A stretch of 63,981 bases of DNA, filler included, from Stramenopiles sp. TOSAG23-6 (Eukaryota), in NCBI GenBank assembly GCA_900128565.1. It is 4 parts of 4 records of this genome, joined end to end, with 100 filler letters (N's around TTAATTAATTAA, not from the genome) between each part and the next. Parts side by side here need not be neighbours in the genome. Positions count along the whole stretch, not along the records: positions 33,252 to 49,536 come from LT636094.1; 3 more parts are not named here. One strand, 5' to 3'. Both the position numbers and the translations under genes were made by a program. Position 1 is the stretch's first letter, and each line of letters starts with the position of its first letter. The notes under the pieces were generated by a model that did no database searches, was not told where the DNA came from, and saw only the letters and a program-made list of their open reading frames with translations. Of the stretch, positions 33,303 through 46,374 are shown one piece after another.

Positions 33303-34784
33303 ATGTGTCAACATTATCAATAAAGTTGGCGAGATAGATTCCTTCCAAACCTTTTACTTTTTCAAAATCACATTTTATGTAGGCAAATATTTCAATGATT
33401 TTGTTTTGTAACATGTTAGTGTACATGTAAATGTATTTTTTTAATATGTTTTTGTAATTTCAGGAAAAAAAAAATCAAAAAAAAAAAAAAAAAAATTTAA
33501 AAAGAAATTCAAAAAAAAAAAAATTAAAAAAAATATCGTTTTTTCAATGATAACATACACGTTCCTGCAAGATTTCGTCGATTATGTGGTAAACTGAGAG
33601 TATATCCTTTGCCTTCCGCATCTGATACATAAATATTTCCCCAATTTGATTTTTCGCCGATATGATTTACATGCAAAAACACGGAATCTTCAGAAGTATC
33701 CAAAATTGTATACGACTGTATTTTTGTACAATATTTCATTTTTTTTAGTAAAAATTGTTAGGTACAAATTTACGTACGAAAAAAAAATTCTGAAAAAAAA
33801 ATTGAAAAAAAAAATTGTTAGGTACAAAATTTCGTACGAAAAAAAAATTGAAAAAAAAAAACGTACATGTTCTTTTAAACCTTCAAATGGCATTTTTGCA
33901 ATATGAAAATGTTGACCACCATCACTTGAAAGATTCAATTCAACCGCTTCAGAGTTATGTGCTGTGACTTGTGCAACAAATAAAAACTTTGGTGTAAATA
34001 AAAATCGATTTCCACGTTTGACGAGAACTTTTGGTTGAGTTTTCCAGTAATCAGTTGTTTCTACAAAATCAATACGTTGATCCCAAAAACCAAATCTTTG
34101 ATGTCCAGATTTTACATTGAATTCTGTAGCGAAAATGGCATGTAGAGGGAGTCTATCCGCTTGTCCTCGTTCCAGATTATGTGCCCATTCAAACTGGACA
34201 ATATAATGTTGAAGAAATTTCCACGTCGCACCAAAATCTTCCGATAGGTACAAATTTTTGTAACAAAATCCTTCGCTTGATTTATTCTTACAGTTATCTG
34301 ACATGACTGCGGCCAAGATCAAATTCACATCTTTAGGATGCATTTTCATTTCAGTAAAGACCATCTTTTCATTAATTGTAGACCACGTTTTCCCACAGTC
34401 TTTTGTAGACCAATGAACTTTGTCTTTTGAAACAAGAATCGCAAAGTCTTTATTTACAGGACTTTGAACGATTTCAACAATTCCTTTTTCTTTTTGGAAC
34501 TTTTCAAGTCTTGATGTTTGATTGGTCCAACTTCGACCAGCATCAGATGATCGATACACAGTATTTTGTTCAGTCAGGAGAAGAACAGTTCGACTTTCCG
34601 CACCCATCCAAACCATATCTTTAACCTGTCCTTCAATCTCTTTCTCAGTGACGACAACATTTGCACTAGCACGACTAAGACTCGCTGCGGTTGAACTCAT
34701 TCCTGACGTATAATACGGTTGTGCTACAACCATAGAAAACAGTGAAATTATGAGTAGACAAGGCTTCATAGTATTTGCTTTCAT
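33303..34784 (-). CDS. Vps10/sortilin-family receptor, 5' part
   Basis: Signal peptide; BNR/Asp-box repeats (YRSSDAGRSW, STKDCGKTW, LYLSEDFGATW); GNIYVSDAEG..YTLSL; DFEKVKGLEGIYLAN. Introns 33716-33866 and 33372-33558. Confidence 0.88.
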
Positions 34785-35066
34785 TCTCTTTTGATATTTT
34801 CAAAAGAATAAAGAGAGATTTGAATGCTCCTCTATTTGACAAAATGCTACGATTGTTGTTCGCTTCGAAGATCTTTGCTTCATTGTGCTCCTCTATCGCG
34901 AAGGATCGCTCAACTTTTTGAGTGACCCGGGTAACGTAAGCGGTTAACTATAGGGTTAGGGGTTACACATGTGTCATTTTTTTTGTGTCTCAAATTCGGA
35001 ATGAATATCTAGAAAAATAACACTCGGAACAAATTCTCAACGGCATATCGCAAACGCATTGTAAAA

Positions 35067-36398
35067 ATGAATGCCTTATTACGATCCGTCGGAACATTAC
35101 CAATACGAAATAATGTTATGCGTTGCATGGCGACGCAATCTGTATGTTGACTTTTGTAATAATTCAGTTGGACTTGTGTCTCATGTTTTATTCTTTCCAA
35201 AATACTTTTACGAATCAACGTGTGTTTCTTTCTTTTTTTCTTTTTTACGCACAACTACGAACACATGTACTCATTTTATCCTCTTGAAATACACACATAA
35301 CTATTATACAATACAGCAAAACATGAAAACATTTCAAATTTACAGATATGACCCAGAAGGTTCTGCTAAACCTACACTACAATCATATGACGTTGATATG
35401 AACGAATGTGGACCGATGGTTTTAGATGCACTCATTAAAATCAAAAACGAACTTGATGCTACTTTAACCTTTCGTAGATCTTGCCGTGAAGGTATCTGTG
35501 GATCATGCGCAATGAACATTGACGGTCGTAACACACTCGCATGTCTTGCTCATATTGATACTGAGAAATCGGACTCTAAAATTTACCCACTTCCTCACAT
35601 GCACGTTCTCAAAGATCTTGTTCCCGATATGACCAACTTTTATGAACAATATCGTTCTATCGAACCTTGGTTACAGACAAAAGAAACCAAAGATGAGAAT
35701 ACTGAATGGTTACAAACAAAAGATGATCGTAAGAAATTGGATGGAATGTATGAATGTATCTTGTGTGCGTGTTGTAGCACATCATGTACGTTGTTCTTTT
35801 TGGAATTTTATTTTGGTCATTTTGGACATTTTGGAATTGTATTTTTTTTTAATTTGGTTTTCATCATACATTTGTTTGAAACCAAGCAGTAGTAGTAGTA
35901 TTCTTCAAACTATTCAAATGAGTGTTTTTGTAGAAAAAAGAATTCATATGATTCGATTTTGTATTTTTATGAATTTTTTGTAGTGTACCAATTTTGTCGT
36001 AACATTTTGTTGAATTTTTATATTTTTTCACAAATCAGGTCCTAGTTACTGGTGGAATCAGGATAAATACCTAGGTCCAGCTGTTCTAATGTACGTTTTT
36101 CATAATGAATTGTATAGGACTCATTCCATATTGTTGTTGTTTTTACTATGAAACATTTGTATCTAACAAAGAAATATATTTTTTTGAAAATATTTTCGTA
36201 CATGACATGCAAGCCTATAGATGGGTGGAAGATTCACGTGATTCAATGACAAAGGAAAGACTGGAAGCTTTAAATGACTCTTTTAAACTGTTTCGTTGTC
36301 ATACTATTATGAATTGTACAAAAACATGTCCTAAAGGGCTTAATCCTGGTAAAGCTGTGGCTCATTTGAAAAACAGAATTCATGAAGGCAATTTATAA
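35067..36398 (+). CDS. SDHB: Succinate dehydrogenase iron-sulfur subunit, four exons
   Basis: Exons 35067-35141, 35317-35785, 36039-36090 and 36209-36398 give [42 protein letters not shown] and [17 protein letters not shown]. Confidence 0.97.
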
Positions 36399-39300
36399 AA
36401 TACGTTTTTACTAGAACTTTTTGTAGATAATATATACTAGTTTTTTTATTATTTTTTTTGAAAGAGTAGTTTTAATCATTTCCGTTTTGTAGTGTTGTTT
36501 TATAGTAGTAGTAAGTAGTAGTTATCATATTGATCGGAAACGGGTGAAAACGGAGGTATCTGTAGTGTTTTTAGTATTTTTTTTTATTTTTTTTCTATTT
36601 CAATTTACGTTAATAAAAAAAAAATAAAGTTTCATCATCAAATTAACTACAAAGTGGAATCAAATAGAAAATGAGCAGAGAAGATTAAATGTCAAAGCAA
36701 GAGTTGAAGTGTATATTGAAAAATAAATTTAGTTTTTGTCTAATTATATTAATAATAAATAAGTTGCTTTTTTTTACTTTTTTATATTGTAATAGTGTGG
36801 GAAGAAATTTGATACAGCACATTGAAGAAATGATGCGCAAAACTGCTTGATTTTTTTTTCTCGAAATTTCAATCTCAAAAATTTGCTACCACAAATTCGA
36901 AGGCAACGATGACCACACACTACAACTACAAGTAAAACGTCTCACACAACTTCTCTATATCTCTCTTTACAGATCAATTATACTAAAGTACACAAGACAA
37001 ACACTGCATTACATATTTCACTGTTGCCACTATGGCAGCAGTATACCACAACAGTAAGGAGTAACCACTATGGATACTCCTAGTATGTTTCAGTGTGATT
37101 GTAAAGCTTATTATTGATTGGTGCAGAGAACAGTAATATTGTTAGAATAGCTTACAAAAACTTAGATTACATTTAACCTGTGAACCACAATGGTGTATCA
37201 GGAGTAACCACTATGGATACTTTATGGTCTAATGTTGAAAACTGACAGAATGCATACTTGTGTTGGACAACAACTTTGGTAAAACAAGGACAATCACTGA
37301 ACTTTCAATGAACTCTTTGGTAACATCCAGCCGTCCAGACTCTTGTATGATTGGTACTTCTTTGCATAAGTGTGATTGCAATGTCACACTTCCTGAACAA
37401 AAGTTATTTGCTAGATTTTCAATCCAGCTTCTTACACACTTAATTCAATTAATTGGAGTTTGCAGGAATGAAGATAATTACAGGCAACAATGACACTAGT
37501 CAGCAGGAACTTTGCACCAATCCAAATTGATGTATGTTGGTCCTTTGATCATGAATACTCTTCTTTCGCTAAATTCTTCGTTTTGAAAAGTGAAACCTCT
37601 CGGAATATTATATGTCAGCCGCTGAGCACAGTACCATGTGGGAAATCCACGAAAGGTATTGCGCTCATGCTACATTCTTTCCTCAATGTCAAGCAAAAAT
37701 CCTGAAGATTATCTTCTTGGATGGTGGCGCATGAATAATTTATGCAATGGTGCAATTCGCATGAGCCTCACAGGTACAATGAAAATTGCGCAAGATAGCT
37801 TGATCCTTTTCTCCAATCAAGGTCATTGGGTGCATGTGTTTGACAGTTGCAGTATTCTGCTGTTGCCAGGGAGGGGTATAATCATCTTGAGTGAGTAACC
37901 AATTATTGTCCTCCCCTCCCAATGCATGTCCCTGATAAGGTTTATGCCTGAGTTGCAAAGGCTTTTACAAAAGGGGAACCTGCACTCACTGCTGCTTGTC
38001 TGGGTCTGACTGAGATGTCAATGGGGTTGCATGAAGGACCTGTTTATTCAACAAAACTACACAAATTACATCAAGACAACATACAATGTATGATATCAAC
38101 ACAACAATCAGTGAATACACTGGATATATTTAACAACATTGTATCAATATATGACCTAAATAATGTGGTTAGCCCATACTTAGTATGCTGATTTTCCTTC
38201 AGGAAATTGTCAAGTTCAAGAAGCTATACTTCATTGAAGTTTAGGCCATGTAATATATTGCTTCATACTCACCAAAGCAGAACCACAGTTACTAAAATGC
38301 CTAAACCAATTCTAATATTAATAAGTCTTGCATTACAACTTAGACAACAAAAACTACATGTAGCACCCAATGTAAAAAATGTATTGCTGTCGATAAAGAT
38401 AGCGATGCCAATGATGACATCTTTAATGGCAAGTGGCATGAATTCAAAGAGCCAAGGTTGTGCATCAACAAGTCAAGAAAGGTGCTTGGCCTGAAATTGA
38501 ATTCCCCCCCTCCTTCCCCCTCTTTGCCCCCTTCTTCCCTTCCTTCTTCCCCTCATGATGAAAAACAACACAACACAAGGATGTCCTCCAACGAAAAAAT
38601 GAGACCATGAGTGCCACACTCAAGGCAAAAGCTGCGTACCTGAACAGATGATAGAGTATAATGAACTCCCCTTTCCAACAAAAAAAAAATCTCGATAGGA
38701 TGTCTGATGGTCCAAAAACTGGAACAGGCAGTGCATTTGAAAGAAACATGATTTCTATGGCCAAATAGAAAAAAAAAAATTTGGATAAAAAGGGAAAAAT
38801 ATGGGGTAATGATTTCCATACAAAAGTATGAAGAATATTGTACCATTTACATCACAACAACTATATGATAAGTTTAGAAAATCTATTAAGTTTAAAAAAT
38901 GTACATCTTTTGATAAACTTAGTACTGATGCTATTGCTGCAGTTGATAGAATTCATAATCAATTGGAGTCCCAACCAAATAGTGAAGGAACCATAGGTGA
39001 AAGACTACATTTGGAAAATATAAAAGATGTTCCGATTAATTTAGATAATGCTGAACATCTTGAAATTATCAAGTATATTATGATCAAAGTTGTCAAATTA
39101 GGTAATTATGGTGATTTTTTAACAATATCCTAAAAAAAAATGAATGTGGTGCGAAATCAAACAACACATGATGATCAACGACATTATGACGTGTCCATGA
39201 ACAAAAAATTCAAGGACGTCATCAATTACATGCTGTTCCACTCTCAGAGTCAGGGTCAGAGTCAGAAGATGAGCAAATTGAAACAGACTACTGTCATCTC

Positions 39301-39879
39301 GCTAGTCGGGTGCTCTCTGACTCTGACTCTGACTATGTTGATGAAAACGGTGGTGTAAACTCATGTGCCGGGGACGACAATGGTGATGCTGAATCAGGTG
39401 AAGCATCGGAACGGTCGATAAAGGTGATAGCAAACACCAATCACTTTGTCGTGACGGGTGAGAGGGGAGAGGAAAAAAAAAAAGTTGCATCGACGACACA
39501 AAAGTCGCAATTTGGTTACTCGGATGGTGAAGTGGAGGTGCAGGAAACATGTGATATATTTTAACTCGATTTGTAAATAAATAAGAATCAATGTATATAT
39601 GGGTTTTATTTTATGTTATACATATTATTAAACACACACTTCGCTACACACAACTACACACAGAAATTATATCTTTATAGGTGTGTATTGGTCCAGTGGC
39701 CAATAATATTGGAATCAAATCGGCCAATCAAATCGAAATCTAAATCGCAATTAATTTTGATTTTTTTATTTACACGTGTCTGAACTTGCCTTTTGCAGCG
39801 CGCAGTGTGTGTTCTGTAATAAAAGTGCACGCATCTTGTATACTACTTTGTACATGGGCATCCATAGTTTGCCGCCAAA

Positions 39880-40210
39880 ATGTTTTACAACTTCAATAAA
39901 ATTGTGCTGAGCAACATTCAACCATTAATCAAATAGTCATGGAAGAAGCATCATTCTTGAATGGTACATGAAAATGAATGGCGCGTGTTAAGTTCCCATG
40001 GCTGAAGAGGTTCAAATGGCACTTCTTTTGCAGCTGTCACGGGAAGTGTCTATGTGACCCCGAAGGAGGAATAATAAAAACATTTGCAAAAAATTATACT
40101 CAGCGAATATATTTAATAGAGTATCAAATGCACCAAAACCCTAATGGCTTGCACCACCTGCAGATTTGCTACAAGCCCCTGGTATTGGGATGCAATGGGG
40201 AGTAGAAAAG
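39880..40210 (+). mobile_element. Decayed DDE-type transposase fragment (Sola2-like motifs) within a gene-free 36.9-40.2 kb region
   Basis: NCAEQ at 39900 lies in the same frame as WHFFCSCHGKCLCDPEGG and is separated from it by TGA stops. This resembles the DxCxxQ...WxFFxxxHGKxxCDxxGG core, recalled from memory rather than searched. Confidence 0.4.
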
Positions 40211-40336
40211 TTTGTAAATCAATCAACTTGGATGCAAAGTGCTATTTTAAATTATACAAGCAAATTAGAATAACAACCAAATATTAAGGCACACTTAAAT
40301 AAAAAATAATTTTTATTAATATTTTTCTACTAATGT

Positions 40337-43300
40337 TTAAAAATCTGGAATACTAGTAAATTTTTTACCAATATTCATAATTCTCTGTCTTCTTCTTTGT
40401 GTTCTAGTCAATGGTTTTGGTTTCTTAAATGGTACAAATCTGTTTTTCTTTGCTTTTTCTTTTCTTCTTTGTCGTTTCGCTTCAATTTCATCACTATCAT
40501 CATCACTATCAGATATACAACTATCTTCTTCATCATCTGTATTTTGGGTTGGATTTGATTTTGATTTAGTTTTTAATAGTTTAGTATGAAATTTTTGTAG
40601 CATTCGTACAGCAGCTAAAGGTCCAGTTACATGAGACTGTCCGTCTTCAACTGATATTGTTGATCCTAGACTCATCTCTGAATTCAAATCTGTACTTAAA
40701 TCTGTACTTAAATCTGTACTTATACTATTGGAAGTGTCATTTGTTGCCGTTGATATAGATTTATCATTTTGTTTTTCATCATTTGTGTTTTTTATATTTT
40801 TTTGTACTGTATCATTACTTTTGTTTGTATTAGATTTTATTTTCTTTTGTTCTTTTTCTAAAAGGTCCTTTTTTTTCTTTTCTGCTTTTGCGAGTTTTCT
40901 TGCTTTTTTTGCTTTTAATTTTTCAGCTTTTCGTTTAGCTCGTTTTTCTTTACGTAGTTTTTCTAATTGTGCTGCTTTTTTTGCTTTTTTATCTGCAATT
41001 TCTTGTTCACGAATTTTCTTTTGTTCATTTCTAAAAGCTACTCTTTGTTTATGTCTTGTGAAAAAATATTGAAAAAAAAAAAAAAAAATTATTCAGTATG
41101 AAAGTTTCAATGAAAAAAAATAAATGAAATTATACAGTGGATCACGTACAATATATGACTTTCCACTACCTGGAGATGAAACTGAATTTGAACCAAATAC
41201 AAAATATTCATCAATTTTAAATGGTTTATCTATTTCAGATGTTTCAGATGTTTTTTTATCTACATTTTTTTTGGTATTTTTTGTATTTTTTTCATGTTTC
41301 TCAGTAATCATTGGGAATGGTTTAGTTACAGGTTTGTCAAAAGAATAATATATACCATTATAATAATCAGGTTGCATACTAATACCTTGCGTTACACCTC
41401 GTGGAGTACCTCCTTTGATCTCAGGTTGAATTAAATGTTTTTTTTCTATATTTTGTTCTATATTTTGTTCTTCATTTTGTTCTTCATTTTTTTCTTCATT
41501 TTTTTCTATATTTTCAAAATGAAGTATTGTTTCAAAATTTGGTATTTTCATATTTATAGTATCACTTGTAATACTATCATTTTCTTCAGAATGTTTGGTA
41601 TGTAAAGATTTGTTTTGTATTGAATTTGTTGATTGTTTACCTTCTTCTATTATTGGATTCTGAAAATGTTGATCAGCAGGTGTAGCAGGTCTGTCTAACA
41701 TAGATATTAATTCCGGTAATGAATTATTTTGCAGTTTAAAATAACTTTCTCTATTTACATGTAGTATAAAAAGATATTTCAATCATTTGGTTTGTTTTTG
41801 TTAGGTATACGAATACAAAAATAATACAAAAATAATACAAAAATAATACAAAAATAATACAAAAATAATACATTTTTTTTTACAAAAAAAAAAGTTTTGT
41901 TAGGTACGAAATTTCGTACGAAAAAAAAAAACAATTTGTAAAATTCATGATGAAAAACATACATCTGATTCCTTCACTCTTTGACGAAACTTTGCCGCAG
42001 TGCCACGTGTCACTGGTCTTGCATTACGTGGTATAATATTTGACAAATCCATTGTATGAAGTAAAGATAAATTTTCATTTCTTTCCATCTTTGGTATTTT
42101 TGATATTTTTGGTATTTTTGGAGGTTTGAATGAATCATTTTGTACAGCTATAGATAACATTGAATGTTCCATACTTTTAGGGTTAGGTTTNTCGATATGT
42201 TTCGGATTTTTTTCTATACTTTTTTTAGCTACAATTTCTTCAATTGTTTGAGAAGATGATCGTGTCACTGGACGACTATTGAAAAGACTCTTTGCATCAT
42301 CACTATCATAATCTTCATCATTTGTTTTAGACAATTGTTGAGTACCTACAGAAATATTTTCATTTTTTTCATTTTTTTCATTTTTTTTAATATAGTTTTT
42401 TCTTTTTTCCATTTGTAATTTTATTCGTGCTTTATTTTGCCTAGCTTCCCTCAATTTTTGTATCTGTATTTGCTTTTGTTGAGCTAATCGAATCTCTCGT
42501 TTTGAATTCACTATATCCCAAGATGATGTACTTATGGAAAATATTTTAAAATTTTAATTTTTTTTTTGTTAGGTACAAAATTTCGTACAAAAAAAAAAAA
42601 AAATTAAATTAAAATAAATGTTTTGAAAGACGTACAAGGTTGTTTCTTTTGTAAATTTAATTTTTCAGATACTTTATGTGAGTGATGTACCATGTGTTGT
42701 ACAGAAATATTTAAAAAAAAATAATTTAGGTTTTTAGTTTTTAATTTTTTAAGTTTTTAGTTTTTAATTTTTTAGTGTTTGACTTTTTTGTTAGGTACAA
42801 ATTTTTCATACTAAAAAAAAAAATATATATAAAAAAATTGATACTGTAATGTAACGTACATATTATTCACATTAGCATGTGACGTTTTAAAGTGTTGTTG
42901 TTGCCTTGCTAAAGATTCCTCTAAAATATATATTGTAGGAAAATATTTCAAAAAAAAAAAAAATATTTTTTTTGTTAGGTACAAATTTTACTATAAAAAA
43001 AAATAAAAAAAAAAAATTTCAATTTTGAAAATCTACATGATTATTTTCTACTTTGTATACTTTACGAATAAGAGCTTGAGTGCCACGTGTCATTTCTCGA
43101 ATTTTATCTACAGCATGATGCCCTTGTCGTTTATGTGACGTTCGTAATCGTGACTTTGGTCTTTCTGCAATGTTTTTTTGATATTGTAGATATTTTTGAT
43201 AATTTTTATATTTTTGATATTTTTGAAATTTTTCATTTTTTTGAAATTTTTGATTTTTTTGAAATTTTTCATTTTTTTGATATTTTTGATATTTTTGATA

Positions 43301-44413
43301 TTTTTGTTTCTCTGATTGCAACAATGCATCTCTACTATCAAGTCTTTGTTTTTGTTGAGACATTTGTTTTGTATCATTTTTATCATTTTGAATATCATCA
43401 TTTTTATTTTGATCATTTCTATATTGAATATTTTCAATATTTTTTTTCGTAGATAATTTCGTACCTAACGTTTTTTTTTCTTGTGGACGATCAACACTAA
43501 ACTGACCATCTACAGATTCATAATATACATCACCATCTTCATCAATAAATTCTGACCATCCCAATGGTAACCTTGGTGTACTTTCTTTTGTATCTACATC
43601 TATAGGTACATCATTAGGGTTAGGGTTTTCAAACTCCTCAAAAATTTCATTATTTTGGATTTTTTCTCCAAACGAATTTTTTTCAAAATTTTCATTATTT
43701 TCCAATGTTTTCGTGTATTCACGTAAAATTTTTCCAGTTCGTCCAGGATGTGCATTTGCTTCTTTCCAAGCTAGACCAATAATTATATTTGAAAGAGTAG
43801 GAAATCGATTTTGAAGATTTCGTGCAATATTTTTCATATCTTGAATATTTTTTGAATTTTTTAAATTTTTTGAACTTTTTAAATTTTTTAAATTTTTTGA
43901 ATTTTGTAGTAAAATTTGTACTAAATCATCAATATTATTTTTTTTTTCAATGACATGTTTTCTATTGATTTCGTGTGTACGCATAATTGTCCCTCCTTGA
44001 ATCTTTGCTGATCGACTACTACCATCTGTCAACATTTTTGTATGTCGATTTGATAATTCATATTTTTTACGTAATTTTTCTTTTCTTTTTTCAGAAAAAT
44101 GTTTTCTATTTATTTCGTGTTGTTGTTGAAGATTTTGTTCTGTTTGTGTTGACTCAAAAGATTCACTTAAAATATTTTCTACAACAAATTTTCCTGAAAG
44201 TCTGTGTAATAGTGTATTTTTATTATTATTATCATCATTATTATCATTATCATTATTATTATTATTAGTAGTAGTAGTATTATTAGTATTAGTATTATTA
44301 TTATTATCATTATTATTATTATTATTATCATCATTATTATCATCATTATTATCATTATTATTATTATTATTAGTATTATTAGTATTATTATTATCATTAT
44401 TATTATTAGTAGT

Positions 44414-44468
<55 letters not shown>

Positions 44469-44472
44469 GTAG

Positions 44473-44504
<32 letters not shown>

Positions 44505-45842
44505 GTAGTAGTAGTAGTATTATTAGTAGTAGTATCAGTAGTAGTTGTATCATTATTAATAAAACCATTTTCAGTACATTGTAAATATTTTCTAATTTCA
44601 ACTAATTTCAAACAATTTGCCCAATCTAGAGCTGTTTGACCAGAGTTATCTTTACACAATACATATTGAGTAAAAAAATATACCATACAACAAAAAAATC
44701 GTTAGGTACGAAATGTTGTACAAAAAAAATTAAAAATTTTCAAAAAAAAAAATCGTCATCAAAATCATTAGGTACAAAATTTCGTATAAAAAATAAAATT
44801 CATTATACTGTCAATAACATACATTACATTTCTGTGATATTAAATATTGAACAATATTTAAATGTCCTTCCTTCACAGCATAGATGAGTGCATGGATTAT
44901 AAAAAAATATTTCAAAAAAAAAAAAAACGTTAGGTACAAAATTTCGTATGAAAAAAAATTAGACAAAAAATTAAAAAATGAAAACGCACATTTTCACCAG
45001 TTATATTATTTTGAAGATGTATATTAATGTTTGTTTTTTCAATCAAATCTGGAATGCAGTCCATGTTTTATAAACAATATATAAACAAGAAGTAAAATTT
45101 GTTACATACAAAATTATTTTTTTAATTAGTTTTGTACCTAACAACAAAAAAAAAAAAAAAAAAAAAAAAAAATTTAAACGATTTTTTTTTTTTTTCGGTA
45201 AAAAAAAAAAAAAAAATAAAACGCACATTGATTCTGGCTGCTTCGTGAATGCAATACACACCATGTGAATCTTTAGCATTAACAACAATTTCTGTTTATA
45301 TTGTGAAAAATATTGTACATTCGAAATAGGTCAATAAAAAACTTAAATTTCTTAGGTACAAAATGTCGTACGAAAAAAAAATTTAATTTGAAAAAAAGTC
45401 AAAAAATATTTTTTTTTTTTTTTTTTTAGGTTTAGGTACAAAATTCCGTATGAAAAAAAAAATGATAAAATACTTTACCTAAATCTATATAAACACGTAA
45501 GAGTTGATTTGCAATGTGGATTTGACCTTTACAAACGGCACATTGTAGTGGATAACGCCCTTTTTCATCCTTTTGAAGCAACCATGATGTAATCAGTGTT
45601 GTTGGTATAGTCTTATTTGTGTTGCTTTTGTTATTTGTGTCATGAGTTATAGTGTTATTGGAGACATAATTCAACAACGCAGTCATGACTTTAACCGCAC
45701 CTATGCGTGCTGCAAAATGAAGAGGTAAAAGTTCATTCATTGCTCTGGTATAATTACTATCATTTATATATGTCATTGTAGACGTATCATCATCAATTAG
45801 AATAGCTTGCCTCAGTACAGATAAAGCAGAGGATGATGTCAT
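40337..45842 (-). CDS. Large multi-exon protein: ankyrin repeats, Asn-rich tract, WW-like domain, low-complexity/coiled-coil C terminus
   Basis: LPLHFAARIG, VNAKDSHGVYCIHEAA, TGENALIYAVKEGHLNIVQYL, KDNSGQTALDWA; LPLGWSEFIDEDGDVYY. Frame is restored across introns 45296-45473, 44892-44989, 44663-44822, 42928-43036, 42692-42859, 42526-42635, 41759-41962 and 41051-41149; one junction near 45070-45226 is uncertain. Confidence 0.75.
44220..44558 (-). repeat. (AAT/GAT/ACT)n trinucleotide tract encoding poly-Asn/Asp/Thr
   Basis: Visible TTA/TCA/GTA triplet run inside ORF 43019-44686. Confidence 0.95.
45296..45473 (-). mobile_element. Introner-like intron, GT..AA, flanking AA repeat, two core copies
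   Basis: AAA|GTATTTT...CACAATATAA|ACA joins to the ankyrin motif VNAKDSHG in frame. Confidence 0.7.
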
Positions 45843-46374
45843 CGTTTACAAATGAATGATTCGAATGATTTAACTCTGATTTCTGTGTGGATTTTGATGT
45901 ATAGTATTCACTCGTTTGTTTTCTTCAAATCACCTACACAATCTCAAATGAATCTGACCAAATATTTCGATACACAGTAAAGTATGATATCGTTATATAG
46001 TATAATAATTATCAGTCTTCAAACATATACAAGAATTGATAATTATTTACTCGTGTGTGATTGTATTTTTTTACAGTACTTTTGGCTATACCTGTCAAAA
46101 ACATGAAATGACCTTTGTAAAAAAGTAACTGACAATAAAAAAGAAAACGGTGACTTGGAGCAGGTTTGCGCGCGCGGTCAGTAACTTTTACTCGAACAAA
46201 AAGTTCATTTTAAGTACAAAATTTATTACTTAAGCACCAACTGGTCACCTGACATTGTAAACTCATCTGATTTCTTTTTGTTGGCTTTGTTGTTGTCTCC
46301 ATCATATGCGCATTACATTTTTTACTTATAATAATTGTTGTATTGTTCAAAACCAACACTATAACACTATAACA

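Noticed and set aside
33760-33850. Repeated core motif as a CRISPR array
   Set aside because: Copies are dispersed inside eukaryotic introns with no regular spacers and no cas genes.
35206-35219. Possible micro-exon in SDHB intron 1 after TTTCCAAAATAC
   Set aside because: A single GT-AG intron 35142-35316 already gives a good frame, and there is no independent support.
36676-36687. CAGAGAAGATTA resembling the U6 snRNA core
   Set aside because: It lacks the preceding A of ACAGAGA, the AGC triad and the flanking U6 structure; likely chance.
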